Notes under the pieces: generated by a model
Database searches by the model: none
What the model saw: only the letters and a program-made list of their open reading frames with translations
What the model was told of the DNA's origin: nothing
DNA from: Bacillus subtilis subsp. subtilis str. 168
GTDB taxonomy: Bacteria; Bacillota; Bacilli; Bacillales; Bacillaceae
Assembly: GCF_000009045.1 (NCBI RefSeq)
Contig: NC_000964.3
Coordinates: 3,596,001-3,660,000, forward strand
Direction: 5' to 3'
DNA length: 64,000 nt
Shown here: positions 19,793 through 29,740 of the stretch, in pieces
Layout: each line of letters begins with the position of its first letter
Numbering within the stretch: position 1 is the first letter of the stretch
Position numbers and translations under genes: made by a program

Positions 19793-22288
19793 ATGTATTC
19801 TGTTTTATTTCGCCAGGCAGAAGAGTCCAGCCAGCTGGCTGGAGCAAAAGGAATGAATTTGATTAAATTGACCAAACACGGTCTTCCTGTTCCGGACGGG
19901 TTTATTATTCAAACGAATGCGCTCGCACGTTTTATGGAGGACAACCAGCTTCAAGAGACTAGTGAAAACGTCGAAGGCGGGATCATTTCCGGAACATTTT
20001 CGGATGAGCTGAAAGATGAGCTGACTAGTTCCTTTTATAAGCTTAGAGAATCATATCGATCCGTAGCCGTGCGTTCTTCGTCTGCTTCGGAAGATTTAGA
20101 AGGCGCCTCATTCGCGGGTCAATATGAAACCTACTTAAATATCAAAACAGAGGAAGAGTTTCTGGCTAAAGTGAAAGAATGCTGGGCCTCATTTTTTTCT
20201 GGGCGGGTCAGCAGCTATAAGAAAAAAATGAACAATCAAATCGCAGAGCCGTTAATGGGAATAGTCGTTCAGGGGCTGATCGATTCAGAAATGTCAGGTG
20301 TTATCTTCAGCCGCAACCCTGTTACCCATGATGATAGAGAGCTTTTAATCAGCGCCAGCTACGGGTTGGGTGAAGCTGTTGTTTCAGGAAATGTTACCCC
20401 AGACACGTTCATTGTTAATAAATCTTCGTTTGAGATTCAGAAAGAAATAGGTGCAAAGGAAATCTACATGGAGTCTGCGGCAGAAGGAATTGCTGAAAAA
20501 GAAACGAGTGAAGACATGCGCAGCCGTTTTTGCCTTACAGATGAACAAGTGATTGAATTGGCTGAAATCACAAAAAAAACCGAAGACCTGTACGGATATC
20601 CTGTTGATATAGAATTTGGAATTGCTGATCATCAAATATACCTTCTGCAAGCTCGCCCGATTACAACCATTGATCAGGACAAAAAAGCGGCAGAAGAAAA
20701 ACGCAGCTTCATGATTACCGACACTGATATGAATGATTTCTGGCTTAACATGGAGTCTAATATTGAAGGTCCGGTGAGTCCGTTATTTTCATCCTTCATC
20801 GTGCCGGCATTGGAATATGGCTTGAAGAAGAGCATGCAAAAGTTTCCGATTGGTGTAGTTGTTGATGAAGTAAAACTTTATCGCGGACATATTTATTCCA
20901 AAAACCAAGGCGGACAGCAGCCTCCTTCTGAAGACTGCGGCAAAGAGCTTTTCCCGATTTTATCGGAGCATATGTATGACATCATCAATCACACATACCT
21001 CCCTTTTTACCGGACACTGGACCAGCTCGCACAAACTGAGCATACCGCAGAAAGCGCACTGGAAGCTTTTCAAAAACTAAAGGCCTTTTATCTCACGGCT
21101 TATGAAGAGCACTTTAATATCGTTTTCCCGCAAATCCTTTTAACAAACAAACTGCAAGCGATGTATCAGGACATTCAAGGAGAGTCCGAAAACGCTCATT
21201 TTTACGAGATGCTGACAGGAAAAATGAACAAATCACTGGAAACGGACCGTTGCTTATGGCTATTTTCTGTGGAAGTTCAGGAGAACCCGAACCTTCTGGC
21301 CATTTTTGAAAACAACAAGCCTGAACAGCTCCAGGAGAAATTGGAACAAACAGATGAGGGAAGACACTTCCTGAAGAACGTCCATGAATTCTTGCAAGAA
21401 TACGGATGGAGATCTGTTAAAAGTCATGATCTGATTGAACAAATCTGGGTGGAAAATCCGTATTTCGCTCTGGCCAATATTCAAAATTATGTCCGTAATG
21501 GCTATCATTTTGACAATGAATTTCAGAAAACAAAAGAAAAACGAGAGAAATTATACAATGAATTCTTGGAAAGCATAGAAGATCCCGGTTTACGCACCGA
21601 ATTTGACCGCTATTATCAATGGACACTGAACTCTGCAAATATAAAAGATGATCACCACTTTTATATTGACGCCATGCTGGATGCCAAGGCGAGAATCTTT
21701 CTGCTGAAGATAGGTGAATTGCTGGCGGAAAACGGTGTCATTCAAGATCGGGAGGACCTTTGGTTCTTATATGACGACGAAGTGGAACAAGCGCTTCTTC
21801 ACCCTGTATCCCTGCAAGAAAAGGCTGAAAAACGCAGACAGATTTTTCATGAGTATGAGCTGGCCCAAGCCCCGGCCTACCTCGGCACCCCGACAAAAGA
21901 ACAGCTCAAAGCAGCTGAAGAAATTGTCGGCGCTGTGATAGAGGATGAAAAAAACACAGAGAATCATATTTTTGGCATTGCGGCATCAAGCGGCATTGCG
22001 ACAGGTCCGGTGAAAATCATTCGGGACGCCAATGAATTTTCTCAATTCGCGCCTGGAGACGTACTCGTTTGCAAGATGACCACACCGCTATGGACCAGCC
22101 TGTTTCAAGACGCCAAAGCGATTATTACAGACACAGGCGGCATTTTGTCTCACGCTGCGATTATTGCCCGTGAATACGGCATTCCAGCCGTTCTCGGCAC
22201 ACGCACGGCAACCGAAAGACTGCGAGACGGTGACATCATCACTGTTGACGGAAGCAGCGGCAAAATCACAGTTGTCAGCCGGTCCTGA
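19793..22288 (+). CDS. yvkC: PEP-synthase/PPDK-like small-molecule phosphotransferase (flavonoid phosphate synthetase; rifampin-phosphotransferase architecture)
   Basis: 831 aa from MYSVLF. ATP-grasp (GAKG, AVRSSSASEDLEGASFAGQYETYL, LQARPIT), central substrate domain, C-terminal His-swivel GGILSHAAIIARE. Confidence 0.9.
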   Translation: MYSVLFRQAEESSQLAGAKGMNLIKLTKHGLPVPDGFIIQTNALARFMEDNQLQETSENVEGGIISGTFSDELKDELTSSFYKLRESYRSVAVRSSSASEDLEGASFAGQYETYLNIKTEEEFLAKVKECWASFFSGRVSSYKKKMNNQIAEPLMGIVVQGLIDSEMSGVIFSRNPVTHDDRELLISASYGLGEAVVSGNVTPDTFIVNKSSFEIQKEIGAKEIYMESAAEGIAEKETSEDMRSRFCLTDEQVIELAEITKKTEDLYGYPVDIEFGIADHQIYLLQARPITTIDQDKKAAEEKRSFMITDTDMNDFWLNMESNIEGPVSPLFSSFIVPALEYGLKKSMQKFPIGVVVDEVKLYRGHIYSKNQGGQQPPSEDCGKELFPILSEHMYDIINHTYLPFYRTLDQLAQTEHTAESALEAFQKLKAFYLTAYEEHFNIVFPQILLTNKLQAMYQDIQGESENAHFYEMLTGKMNKSLETDRCLWLFSVEVQENPNLLAIFENNKPEQLQEKLEQTDEGRHFLKNVHEFLQEYGWRSVKSHDLIEQIWVENPYFALANIQNYVRNGYHFDNEFQKTKEKREKLYNEFLESIEDPGLRTEFDRYYQWTLNSANIKDDHHFYIDAMLDAKARIFLLKIGELLAENGVIQDREDLWFLYDDEVEQALLHPVSLQEKAEKRRQIFHEYELAQAPAYLGTPTKEQLKAAEEIVGAVIEDEKNTENHIFGIAASSGIATGPVKIIRDANEFSQFAPGDVLVCKMTTPLWTSLFQDAKAIITDTGGILSHAAIIAREYGIPAVLGTRTATERLRDGDIITVDGSSGKITVVSRS

Positions 22289-22363
22289 TGCGTCCCCCTC
22301 TTTCTTATACAAGCGGGGCGGGTGTATACTTGTCCTGCCAGTATATTCGTGAGGTGAAACGTA

Positions 22364-22933
22364 TTGAGACCGACAAACAAGAGAATCCTTGATGCTGCCA
22401 TGCAGCTGCTCGTCAAAAAAGGATATCGCGCAACGACTACAAAAGAAATTGCAGAAAAAGCAAATGTAAGTGAAGCGACGATTTTCAGGAACTTTAAAAA
22501 CAAACAAGGACTAGTTGAGGCTTTGCTTTCTCAGCATTCTTCAAACAGAGGCAGCATTTTGGAACAAACAGAAGGGGATTTGTACAAAGACCTGCTTCAT
22601 ATCGGAACCTGTCTCTTGGAGGAGCTCGAACATAGAAAAGATATCATTAAAATCAGCTTTCGTGAACCGGCCATGTTTCAGGATGTCATTAACCACGTCA
22701 CTGAATATCCCCAATCTATGAAACAGCTATTGGTTGATTATCTCAAAACGATGGGTGAGAAAGGGGTTATTCAGACAGGAAATGAAGCGGAACATGCCGA
22801 CGTGTTCATGTCGATTATCTTCGGTTATTTCATTCACCGTCTCCACTTAGGAGACCGGGTCATATCAATGCCCCAGGAAAAAATGCTGGAGCATAGCACA
22901 GCTCTATTTGTCAAAGGAATTTCTGCTGATTAA
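22364..22933 (+). CDS. yvkB: TetR-family regulator
   Basis: 189 aa with ILDAAMQL..GYRATTTKEIAEKANVSEATIFRNFKNK HTH. Confidence 0.92.
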   Translation: MRPTNKRILDAAMQLLVKKGYRATTTKEIAEKANVSEATIFRNFKNKQGLVEALLSQHSSNRGSILEQTEGDLYKDLLHIGTCLLEELEHRKDIIKISFREPAMFQDVINHVTEYPQSMKQLLVDYLKTMGEKGVIQTGNEAEHADVFMSIIFGYFIHRLHLGDRVISMPQEKMLEHSTALFVKGISAD

Positions 22934-22963
22934 CTCCTTGGCATAATAAAAAGGAGGATCCCA

Positions 22964-24298
22964 ATGAGCTCAAGAAAAGAATGGGCGCTGATCGTCTCGC
23001 TATTATTGGGGGCCATTCTGGTTCCCATTAACTCAACGATGATCGCGGTCGCGCTCTCATCTATTTCCCATACGTATAACGAGTCCATCGCAAGCATCAC
23101 TTGGGTGGTTACCGTTTATTTAATCGTGATGGCAGTCACACAGCCGATTGCAGGAAAGCTCGGTGACATGTACGGCAATAAAACAATGTACTTATGGGGA
23201 GTCGGCCTTTTTCTAATCGCATCTCTAGGCTGCGCCCTTTCACCGAGTCTGCTCCTGTTAATTGTCTTTCGGGCATTGCAGGCTGTCGGCGGGGCATTGC
23301 TTACGCCAAACAGCATTGCCATTATCCGGCATGTTGTTTCTGAAAAACGCCTACCGAAAGTGTTTGGATTTTTCGGACTGGGCGCGGGACTTGGTGCAGC
23401 ACTCGGGCCTTTTATCGGCTCTATACTGATTGACAGCTTCAGCTGGCATTCGATTTTTTGGGTCAACATCCCGTTCCTCGCCATTGCTTTATTTACGGCA
23501 TTAACGATGTTTCCTCAATATAAAGAAAATAAATCTGACGCGCCGCTGGATATCATCGGCTCTCTCTTGCTTGCAGGCAGCATCGTTTCCATTATCCTGC
23601 TGACGAAAAATGAGGCTCCATGGGGATATACTGTATACAGTGTATTGATACTTCTTTTTGTTCCGCTTTTTTTCAGAAGAGAAAAACGTACCCAGCACCC
23701 CATCATTGACTTTGCACTGTTTAAAAGCTCAACCTTTACAAATGCGAATCTATCAGTCTTGTTAAGCAATTTGATGATGTATGCCGTCTTATTGATTATG
23801 CCGTTATTTATGACGAACCAATTTGGGCTTAATACATCTAACAGCGGGATGGCGCTTTCTGTATTTTCGATCTTCATGTCAGCCAGCAACTGGGTGGGCG
23901 CGCAGCTCCATCACAAATGGGGAGCCAAAAAAATCATTTTTCTTTCATTTGCCATGATGGCTGGTGCGAATCTATTATTTTTGCTGTTAAGCAGCTCGCA
24001 TTCTGTCTTGTTCCTCATGCTCTCTCTTATCCTTGGCGGGCTCGCTTCCGGAGTCGGTCTGACCAGCATGCAGGTTTCATCCCTTGCCACAGTAGACCCC
24101 GGTATGTCAGGAGTGGCATCTGGGATTTTCTCGACCTTCCGTTATTTCGGAAGCATCATTTCATCAGCCTTAATTGGCCTGATTTCGGGATATCACACCC
24201 TATTTATGATTCTCTTTGCTGTATCCATCATCGGCGTTTTTGTTTCATTGGGCATCAAATCTGATGAAACGGCACGGATAGAAAAAAACTCAGCGTAA
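22964..24298 (+). CDS. yvkA: MFS drug-efflux transporter
   Basis: 444 aa with GKLGDMYG (motif A), FRALQAVGG and GPFIG motifs. Confidence 0.9.
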   Translation: MSSRKEWALIVSLLLGAILVPINSTMIAVALSSISHTYNESIASITWVVTVYLIVMAVTQPIAGKLGDMYGNKTMYLWGVGLFLIASLGCALSPSLLLLIVFRALQAVGGALLTPNSIAIIRHVVSEKRLPKVFGFFGLGAGLGAALGPFIGSILIDSFSWHSIFWVNIPFLAIALFTALTMFPQYKENKSDAPLDIIGSLLLAGSIVSIILLTKNEAPWGYTVYSVLILLFVPLFFRREKRTQHPIIDFALFKSSTFTNANLSVLLSNLMMYAVLLIMPLFMTNQFGLNTSNSGMALSVFSIFMSASNWVGAQLHHKWGAKKIIFLSFAMMAGANLLFLLLSSSHSVLFLMLSLILGGLASGVGLTSMQVSSLATVDPGMSGVASGIFSTFRYFGSIISSALIGLISGYHTLFMILFAVSIIGVFVSLGIKSDETARIEKNSA

Positions 24299-24305
24299 CA
24301 CAAAA

Positions 24306-24341
24306 CAGCCCGGCATCGCATCATCCTGCGGTGCCGGGCTG
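24306..24341. terminator. Terminator between the convergent yvkA and minJ
   Basis: cagcccggcatcgca-N6-tgcggtgccgggctg, a long GC-rich stem. Confidence 0.85.
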
Positions 24342-24345
24342 CCTT

Positions 24346-25539
24346 TTATGATCCCGAAGCGACTGCTTCGTCTTCACGGTCATCCTTTACGAAGAGGATG
24401 CCCAATTCATGATGTTCTCCTTCATAAGAAGCTCGCTGGTCAAAACGAATTTCTCCATTCAAACCGATAATTTCAAGCTTTACATATGCACGGTTATGCT
24501 GAAGCGCTTCATAGAAATCAGAAACGTTCTTAACCGGTATGCCATTGACTTTCGTTATGATTTCCCCGATTTTCAATTCCAGATCCTCAGCCGGCGTATT
24601 GGGGATAATCCCAAGCACCATTAAGCCCTGATCCCTTTTCGAGAAATAAAACGGAGCCGCGTTATCATTCACTCTTTGCTTTATGGACAGAAAAATACGC
24701 CCTAACAAAGCGGTACAGACCGCTGCACCCGCAAGCGGCGTCCACAGTAAGCTCGCTGCACCGAGAACTGCGACGGCAAGACCGAGAATACAAACGCGTT
24801 TCGCTGTGATCCTTATACTCGTTTCAGGCAGCGATCCCTGTACCCTTTGTCCAAATCCGACAAAGTAAGGAATCCATAGAAAATGGAATGAGCCGCCGGG
24901 AACCGTAAACACGGGCCACCAGCTAAGGTGCGATTCTAAACCATTACCGGGCACGAGAAGGAACAGCGGCAAAAGCCAAACCCGGTTTGCCAGCTGCTGT
25001 CCGATCGGCAAACCGCGGCTGCTTACGACAAGTGCCGGTGATGTTCTCACATGCGCAGAACGATAAGCAACCGCTCCTTCAGTGATAATCAGCAAACCTA
25101 GAAACACAGCCACAGCCGGCCAAACAACTGCAAATCCTTGCGGAAATCTCTCCAGAAAGGGCTCCGCCTGATATATTTGCAGTCCAAAACCTATCAGCAT
25201 ACTCACACTGACGATATATGCAGCAGACATCCAGTTTGCGCGAAGAGTGAACGCTGCCGCTGCAGTGATAACGGCAATAATCGCAAGTAAACCGAGAGGA
25301 ATCGATATTCCGAGTCCACCTAAAATAACTGACAAAAGAAGACCTGGAATCAGTCCCTTTGTATATGTAAATTTCAGATCATCATAAATATCTGCTATTC
25401 TTGTATGAAAGGTTTTTCGTTCCCGTTTGATTCTTACATAGCCGAAAGCCAAGGTTATGATGATAAAAAACCAGAAAAGCGGGTGTAAGAAGAACAAGCC
25501 CGCGCTTTTTAACAGTTCAATTCCCCATTGAACAGACAC
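24346..25539 (-). CDS. minJ: Cell-division topological factor MinJ (membrane protein + PDZ)
   Basis: 397 aa, multi-TM, with C-terminal PDZ (LGIIPNTPAE..GEIITKVNG). Confidence 0.93.
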   Translation of the reverse strand: MSVQWGIELLKSAGLFFLHPLFWFFIIITLAFGYVRIKRERKTFHTRIADIYDDLKFTYTKGLIPGLLLSVILGGLGISIPLGLLAIIAVITAAAAFTLRANWMSAAYIVSVSMLIGFGLQIYQAEPFLERFPQGFAVVWPAVAVFLGLLIITEGAVAYRSAHVRTSPALVVSSRGLPIGQQLANRVWLLPLFLLVPGNGLESHLSWWPVFTVPGGSFHFLWIPYFVGFGQRVQGSLPETSIRITAKRVCILGLAVAVLGAASLLWTPLAGAAVCTALLGRIFLSIKQRVNDNAAPFYFSKRDQGLMVLGIIPNTPAEDLELKIGEIITKVNGIPVKNVSDFYEALQHNRAYVKLEIIGLNGEIRFDQRASYEGEHHELGILFVKDDREDEAVASGS

Positions 25540-25617
25540 TATCTCTCACCGCCTCAAGCCAAACATGTTACTCATATTCTATCAAATATTAAATGGCTTG
25601 GATATCCTCAGGAGAGT

Positions 25618-25972
25618 TTATCTCTCTTGCGTCATCCACAGCGTGACATTCGATAGTGAAAAATCCTTTAAATAGTGGTTTACATCCACATCCAATAACC
25701 CGCTGATTAGATGCATCGACCTTTTTATATCTGTCAGATTAATTCCTAATCGCTTATGGTTTTTCATTAAGTAGTTAAAATAATGTTTGGCGCATTCCTC
25801 ATTAATGTCATTTACTGATTCGACATTGGTGTAATTGACCAAATATCTGCTGAACAGCATAAGAAGACTTAGTGCTTTTGTAGCTGAAAATGTTACGTCT
25901 TGTGTTCTGTCTTTTAATTGTTCCACTAATTCATAATATTTTTTTTTCACGCACAATACTTGCCCTCTTCAA
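25618..25972 (-). pseudogene. swrA: Swarming regulator SwrA, frameshifted (phase-OFF allele)
   Basis: TTG start after SD GGGGG reads MKRASIVREKKIL-stop (TGA at 25931-25933) because the A-run is 9 long. With 8 A it continues as KKYYELVEQLKDR, giving 117 aa. Confidence 0.95.
25939..25947. repeat. 9-bp A:T homopolymer (slipped-strand switch)
   Basis: T9 on the plus strand inside swrA codons 9-12. Confidence 0.95.
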
Positions 25973-26126
25973 TTGTGAACCCCCATTTTCTTTATACAGA
26001 TAAGCACGGGCCAGTATAAGCAGCAGTACTGGAGTGCTAACAAGCATTCTCGCTAACGTTACTCTTTAAATACCTGTCGTTCAGCTGCCATTAACCTGAT
26101 TACTGTTCTTTTTAGAACCTTCTTAT

Positions 26127-26155
26127 ATTGTATGAAGTAAACAAAGACTAGGCAA
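26127..26155 (-). promoter_or_regulatory. Sigma-A promoter of swrA-minJ
   Basis: Minus strand TTGCCT-N17-TACAAT. Confidence 0.7.
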
Positions 26156-26215
26156 CTTGCAAAAGTTTCATTTTAAATGCATATTAACTCGTTAGAAAGT
26201 CTCTCTCATATATTG

Positions 26216-26242
26216 ATATCGGGTAATAACAGTCCTTTATAA
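26216..26242 (-). promoter_or_regulatory. Candidate sigma-D promoter of swrA
   Basis: Minus strand TTAT-N15-CCCGATAT; good -10, degenerate -35. Confidence 0.55.
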
Positions 26243-26355
26243 ATGTTTATTTGTGAAAATTTTTTTAATTTCTTGTCAAAAACTCATTTTTTATGTGACT
26301 TATGATCCATAATCTCTTTAAGCACAAAGAAACAGGAGATGAAATACCATCTCCT

Positions 26356-27798
26356 TTAATTGACAAATAATGATTTCAATGCTGTTTGAAGCTGCAAATC
26401 ATTTTTTTCATCTGATTTTTTCTTTTCTATCTGCTGATTTAATGTCTCTGCAGTGCGAGTGTCGATCACACCGGTTTTATTCAGCTTGTTTTGATCCTGA
26501 AAAGCCATAACCGCTTTTTTCATGTCTTTGCTGAAATAGCCATCCTCACGTCCCGGATCAAAGCTGAGACCTTTTAACAATACCTGCGCATGCTTGACGT
26601 CTTCATTGTTCATGTCCACTTTAAGCGGCTCTTTCAGCTGTAAGGGCCCGGCGGAAAAATAATCGGGCTGCTTAATCGCAATGGTCGGTTCAATTCCTTT
26701 CTTATGAATCCAGTTTCCATTTGGCGTCAGCCACTTGTAAAGCGTTAATTTGATGTTGCTGCCGTCCCCCATTGGCACAGCCTGTTGAACCGTTCCCTTT
26801 CCAAAAGACGTATCGCCTACAACATCATAATGGCCAGCTTCCTTTAATGCGCCGGCAAGAATTTCTGATGCAGAGGCACTTCCTTTATCCGTAATCACAT
26901 TGACAGGGTACGCTTTTTTATGGGTCAATGTTGAAAAATAACGTTTTTTATCTCCATTGCGTTCAGCAATCTGAATATACGGCTGATCCTTTGTAACGAA
27001 ATGCTTAAGAATTTCTTCCACACTTTGAAGATATCCACCCGGGTTGCCGCGTACATCAATGACAAGTCCTTCTATTTCTTTTTTCTCAAGCTCCCTCAGC
27101 GCTTTTGCAAAATCCTCTGCGGTGTGCTCAGAAAAAGTAGAGATGGCAATATATCCGACAGAATGCCCCTGTACTTTTTTCTCTGATGCAAAAACCGTTT
27201 CGAGCGGAATCTCAGCTCTCTTGATCCGGAATGACAACTGCTTCTTCGTTCCAGGCCGCTGAATCTTCATTGAAACGCTGGACCCTTTTTTTCCTCTTAT
27301 TTTTAACACAGCGTGGTTTAAATCCTTGCCGGCCATCGATTCTCCATTGATGCTGATAATTTCATCATTAGGCTTCAACCCGGCTTTTTCCGCTGGCGAT
27401 TTCTTGAATGGAGAAACAATAATAATTTTGCCGTCTTCCATTCCAACCTCAGCCCCGATGCCTTCAAATGAGGAATCAAGAGAATCAGAAAATTGCTTAG
27501 CTGTCTGCTTGTCCATGTAAACAGAATAAGGATCATTTAGCGTAGACAGCATTCCCTGGATGGCTCCCTCGAGCAGCTTTTCTCTATCTACTTTTTCTAC
27601 GTACTCATTCGAAATTAACTCATACGCTTTTTCGATTTTGTCCATAGCTTTATCCCGTTCAGAGTCAGCTTGTGCCGTCGCGGGAACTGCTGCAGTCTGG
27701 GGCTTATCCATCTCAAGCAGGTTGATTCCCGCATATACACCGGCGCCTCCGAACAGCATGCTCCCTGCTGCTATCACAGCCATTATTTTTTGATTCAT
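26356..27798 (-). CDS. ctpB: Carboxy-terminal processing protease CtpB (S41, PDZ, PG-binding)
   Basis: 480 aa with FEGIGAEV PDZ, DVRGNPGG, GSASASEILAG, TSFGKGTVQ and a C-terminal peptidoglycan-binding domain. Confidence 0.96.
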   Translation of the reverse strand: MNQKIMAVIAAGSMLFGGAGVYAGINLLEMDKPQTAAVPATAQADSERDKAMDKIEKAYELISNEYVEKVDREKLLEGAIQGMLSTLNDPYSVYMDKQTAKQFSDSLDSSFEGIGAEVGMEDGKIIIVSPFKKSPAEKAGLKPNDEIISINGESMAGKDLNHAVLKIRGKKGSSVSMKIQRPGTKKQLSFRIKRAEIPLETVFASEKKVQGHSVGYIAISTFSEHTAEDFAKALRELEKKEIEGLVIDVRGNPGGYLQSVEEILKHFVTKDQPYIQIAERNGDKKRYFSTLTHKKAYPVNVITDKGSASASEILAGALKEAGHYDVVGDTSFGKGTVQQAVPMGDGSNIKLTLYKWLTPNGNWIHKKGIEPTIAIKQPDYFSAGPLQLKEPLKVDMNNEDVKHAQVLLKGLSFDPGREDGYFSKDMKKAVMAFQDQNKLNKTGVIDTRTAETLNQQIEKKKSDEKNDLQLQTALKSLFVN

Positions 27799-27937
27799 CC
27801 TTTACTCCTCCTGTATGCCAGACTGTCTTTACCAAAACCTAGAGATAGTATATGTAAAGGATGGAGATTTCATGTAATCATAGAAGAAAAAGAAGGCAAA
27901 TGAAAAGCCGTCCCGAAAACGGAACGGCTTTTTCACT

Positions 27938-28828
27938 TTATACTCGCAGAAACTTGCGGATGGAAGTCAGACTTCCCCATACTCCAATTACTGCGCCGAT
28001 TGCAATCAGCACTAGCGAAACTTGGAATACAAATGGATTATAAGGAAGAAGAGAGACAAATGATCCTTGAACCTTTGGAACGACCCATCCGATGACGTAT
28101 TGGTAAGTGCTCAGCACCAGTGCAATCGGAATCACAGAACCGAATACGCCTAGCAGCAATCCTTCAAGGAAAAACGGCCAGCGGATAAACCAGTTTGTCG
28201 CGCCGACAAGCTTCATGATTTCAATTTCTTTTCTTCTTGCGAAAATTGTAATTTTAATGGTGTTGGAAATTAAGAACATCGCCGTAAATACCAGGCCGAT
28301 AATTAACGCGATTCCGATGTTGCGGGAAACGCCGACCACTTTAAACAAACGGCTGACCTCTTCTTTTCCATAAGTGACTTTATAAACATGATCCATTTTT
28401 TCGATCTTTTTCGCCACGTTCGGCGTATCATGCGGATCTGTCGTTTTGACGACAAACGCATCATTAAGCGGGTTTTCCTGATCCTTCATTGTCAGGGATT
28501 TTCCGCTGTCACCAAAACTGTCAACCAGCTGGTCAAGCTCTTTTTCTTTAGATGAAAAAGTGACACTCTGAATGCCCTTCAGTTCCTTAATATCGTTCTG
28601 AAGCTTGTCCTGTGCCTTCTGATCTGCAGTCAGATCAATCAGCACTTTGATTTCGACTTGTTTTTCTGCATTCGTGGCCATGTTATTCAAATTCAGCATA
28701 ATCACTAAAAACACGCCGACTAAAATCAGCGTAACGGTTACAGCACTAATGGATGCAAATGTCATCCATGTGTTTCTCCCGAGAGATTTAAAACTCTCAC
28801 GCAAGTGGCGCCCGAGAATTTTAATCAT
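27938..28828 (-). CDS. ftsX: Cell-division/CwlO-activating ABC permease FtsX
   Basis: 296 aa from MIKILGRH; ISNTIKITIFARRKEIEIMKLVGAT motif. Confidence 0.97.
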   Translation of the reverse strand: MIKILGRHLRESFKSLGRNTWMTFASISAVTVTLILVGVFLVIMLNLNNMATNAEKQVEIKVLIDLTADQKAQDKLQNDIKELKGIQSVTFSSKEKELDQLVDSFGDSGKSLTMKDQENPLNDAFVVKTTDPHDTPNVAKKIEKMDHVYKVTYGKEEVSRLFKVVGVSRNIGIALIIGLVFTAMFLISNTIKITIFARRKEIEIMKLVGATNWFIRWPFFLEGLLLGVFGSVIPIALVLSTYQYVIGWVVPKVQGSFVSLLPYNPFVFQVSLVLIAIGAVIGVWGSLTSIRKFLRV

Positions 28829-29507
28829 ATGAACCATACTCCCCTCTTGACTCATCACGCACAATGATACCATCTTCGATTGCAATGACACGTTTCTTCA
28901 TGGTGTTTACGATTTCTTTATTATGTGTCGCCATCACGACTGTTGTCCCGCGGTTGTTAATTTCCTCCAGCGTCTTCATGACTTCCCAGGACGTATCCGG
29001 ATCAAGGTTTCCTGTCGGTTCATCAGCAATGACAACATCAGGGTTGTTCACAATTGATCTGGCAATAGATACACGCTGCTGCTCCCCGCCTGAAAGCTGG
29101 TCAGGAAATTGTCGCGCTTTATGCTTCAGCTGCACGAGATCAAGCACTTCAAGCACCCGTTTCTTAATGACAGACGGCTGTTCTCCAATCACTTCAAGGG
29201 CAAATGCCACATTTTCAAAAACAGTAAGTTTCGGAAGAAGCTTGAAATCCTGAAAGACAACACCTATTTTGCGGCGCACGAAAGGAATCTCTTTTTCTTT
29301 AATTGTCGCGAGATCTTTATGATTGATTAAAATTTGTCCTTTTGTCGGTTTTTCTTCTCTGTAAATCATTTTAATAAAAGTAGATTTACCTGCTCCGCTC
29401 GGACCAACAACATACACAAACTCGCCGGGATGAATGGTAACAGAAATCCCATTGAGTGCTTTTACGCCGTTCGGATAGGCTTTATATACTTCCTTCATCT
29501 CTATCAT
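28821..29507 (-). CDS. ftsE: ABC ATPase FtsE
   Basis: 228 aa with GPSGAGKST, LSGGEQQR and ADEPTGNLD. Confidence 0.97.
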   Translation of the reverse strand: MIEMKEVYKAYPNGVKALNGISVTIHPGEFVYVVGPSGAGKSTFIKMIYREEKPTKGQILINHKDLATIKEKEIPFVRRKIGVVFQDFKLLPKLTVFENVAFALEVIGEQPSVIKKRVLEVLDLVQLKHKARQFPDQLSGGEQQRVSIARSIVNNPDVVIADEPTGNLDPDTSWEVMKTLEEINNRGTTVVMATHNKEIVNTMKKRVIAIEDGIIVRDESRGEYGSYD

Positions 29508-29700
29508 GAAATCACCTAATCTTTTATATCATTTTATCTATCACACGGTCATACTCTTCGAATGCATTCGACAATTTATGACCCATTCATTTGTAAAAAG
29601 ATGAAAAATCTGAAAGTTCCCTTTTTCAATACACTTCATTATACGTCAAATTTAGACATAATACTATTACAGTTTCTTTTCATTCATATTGTCAAGGCAT

Positions 29701-29737
29701 AAAAACATCCTTGCCAGCACTCGGCAAGGATGTTTTT
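29701..29737. terminator. cccB terminator (bidirectional type)
   Basis: aaaaacatccttgcc-N7-ggcaaggatgttttt, perfect 15-bp arms. Confidence 0.9.
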
Positions 29738-29740
29738 ATC

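Noticed and set aside
19793-22288. Calling yvkC a rifampin-resistance gene (rph)
   Set aside because: The architecture is shared, but the central substrate domain looks divergent to me. Substrate cannot be assigned from the sequence, and reported activity of this family member is on flavonoids.
26129-26142. AGTAAAC half-sites resembling the PchR box (here in the swrA promoter; also near 32290)
   Set aside because: Only one half-site is present with no palindromic partner, which is expected by chance in AT-rich DNA.
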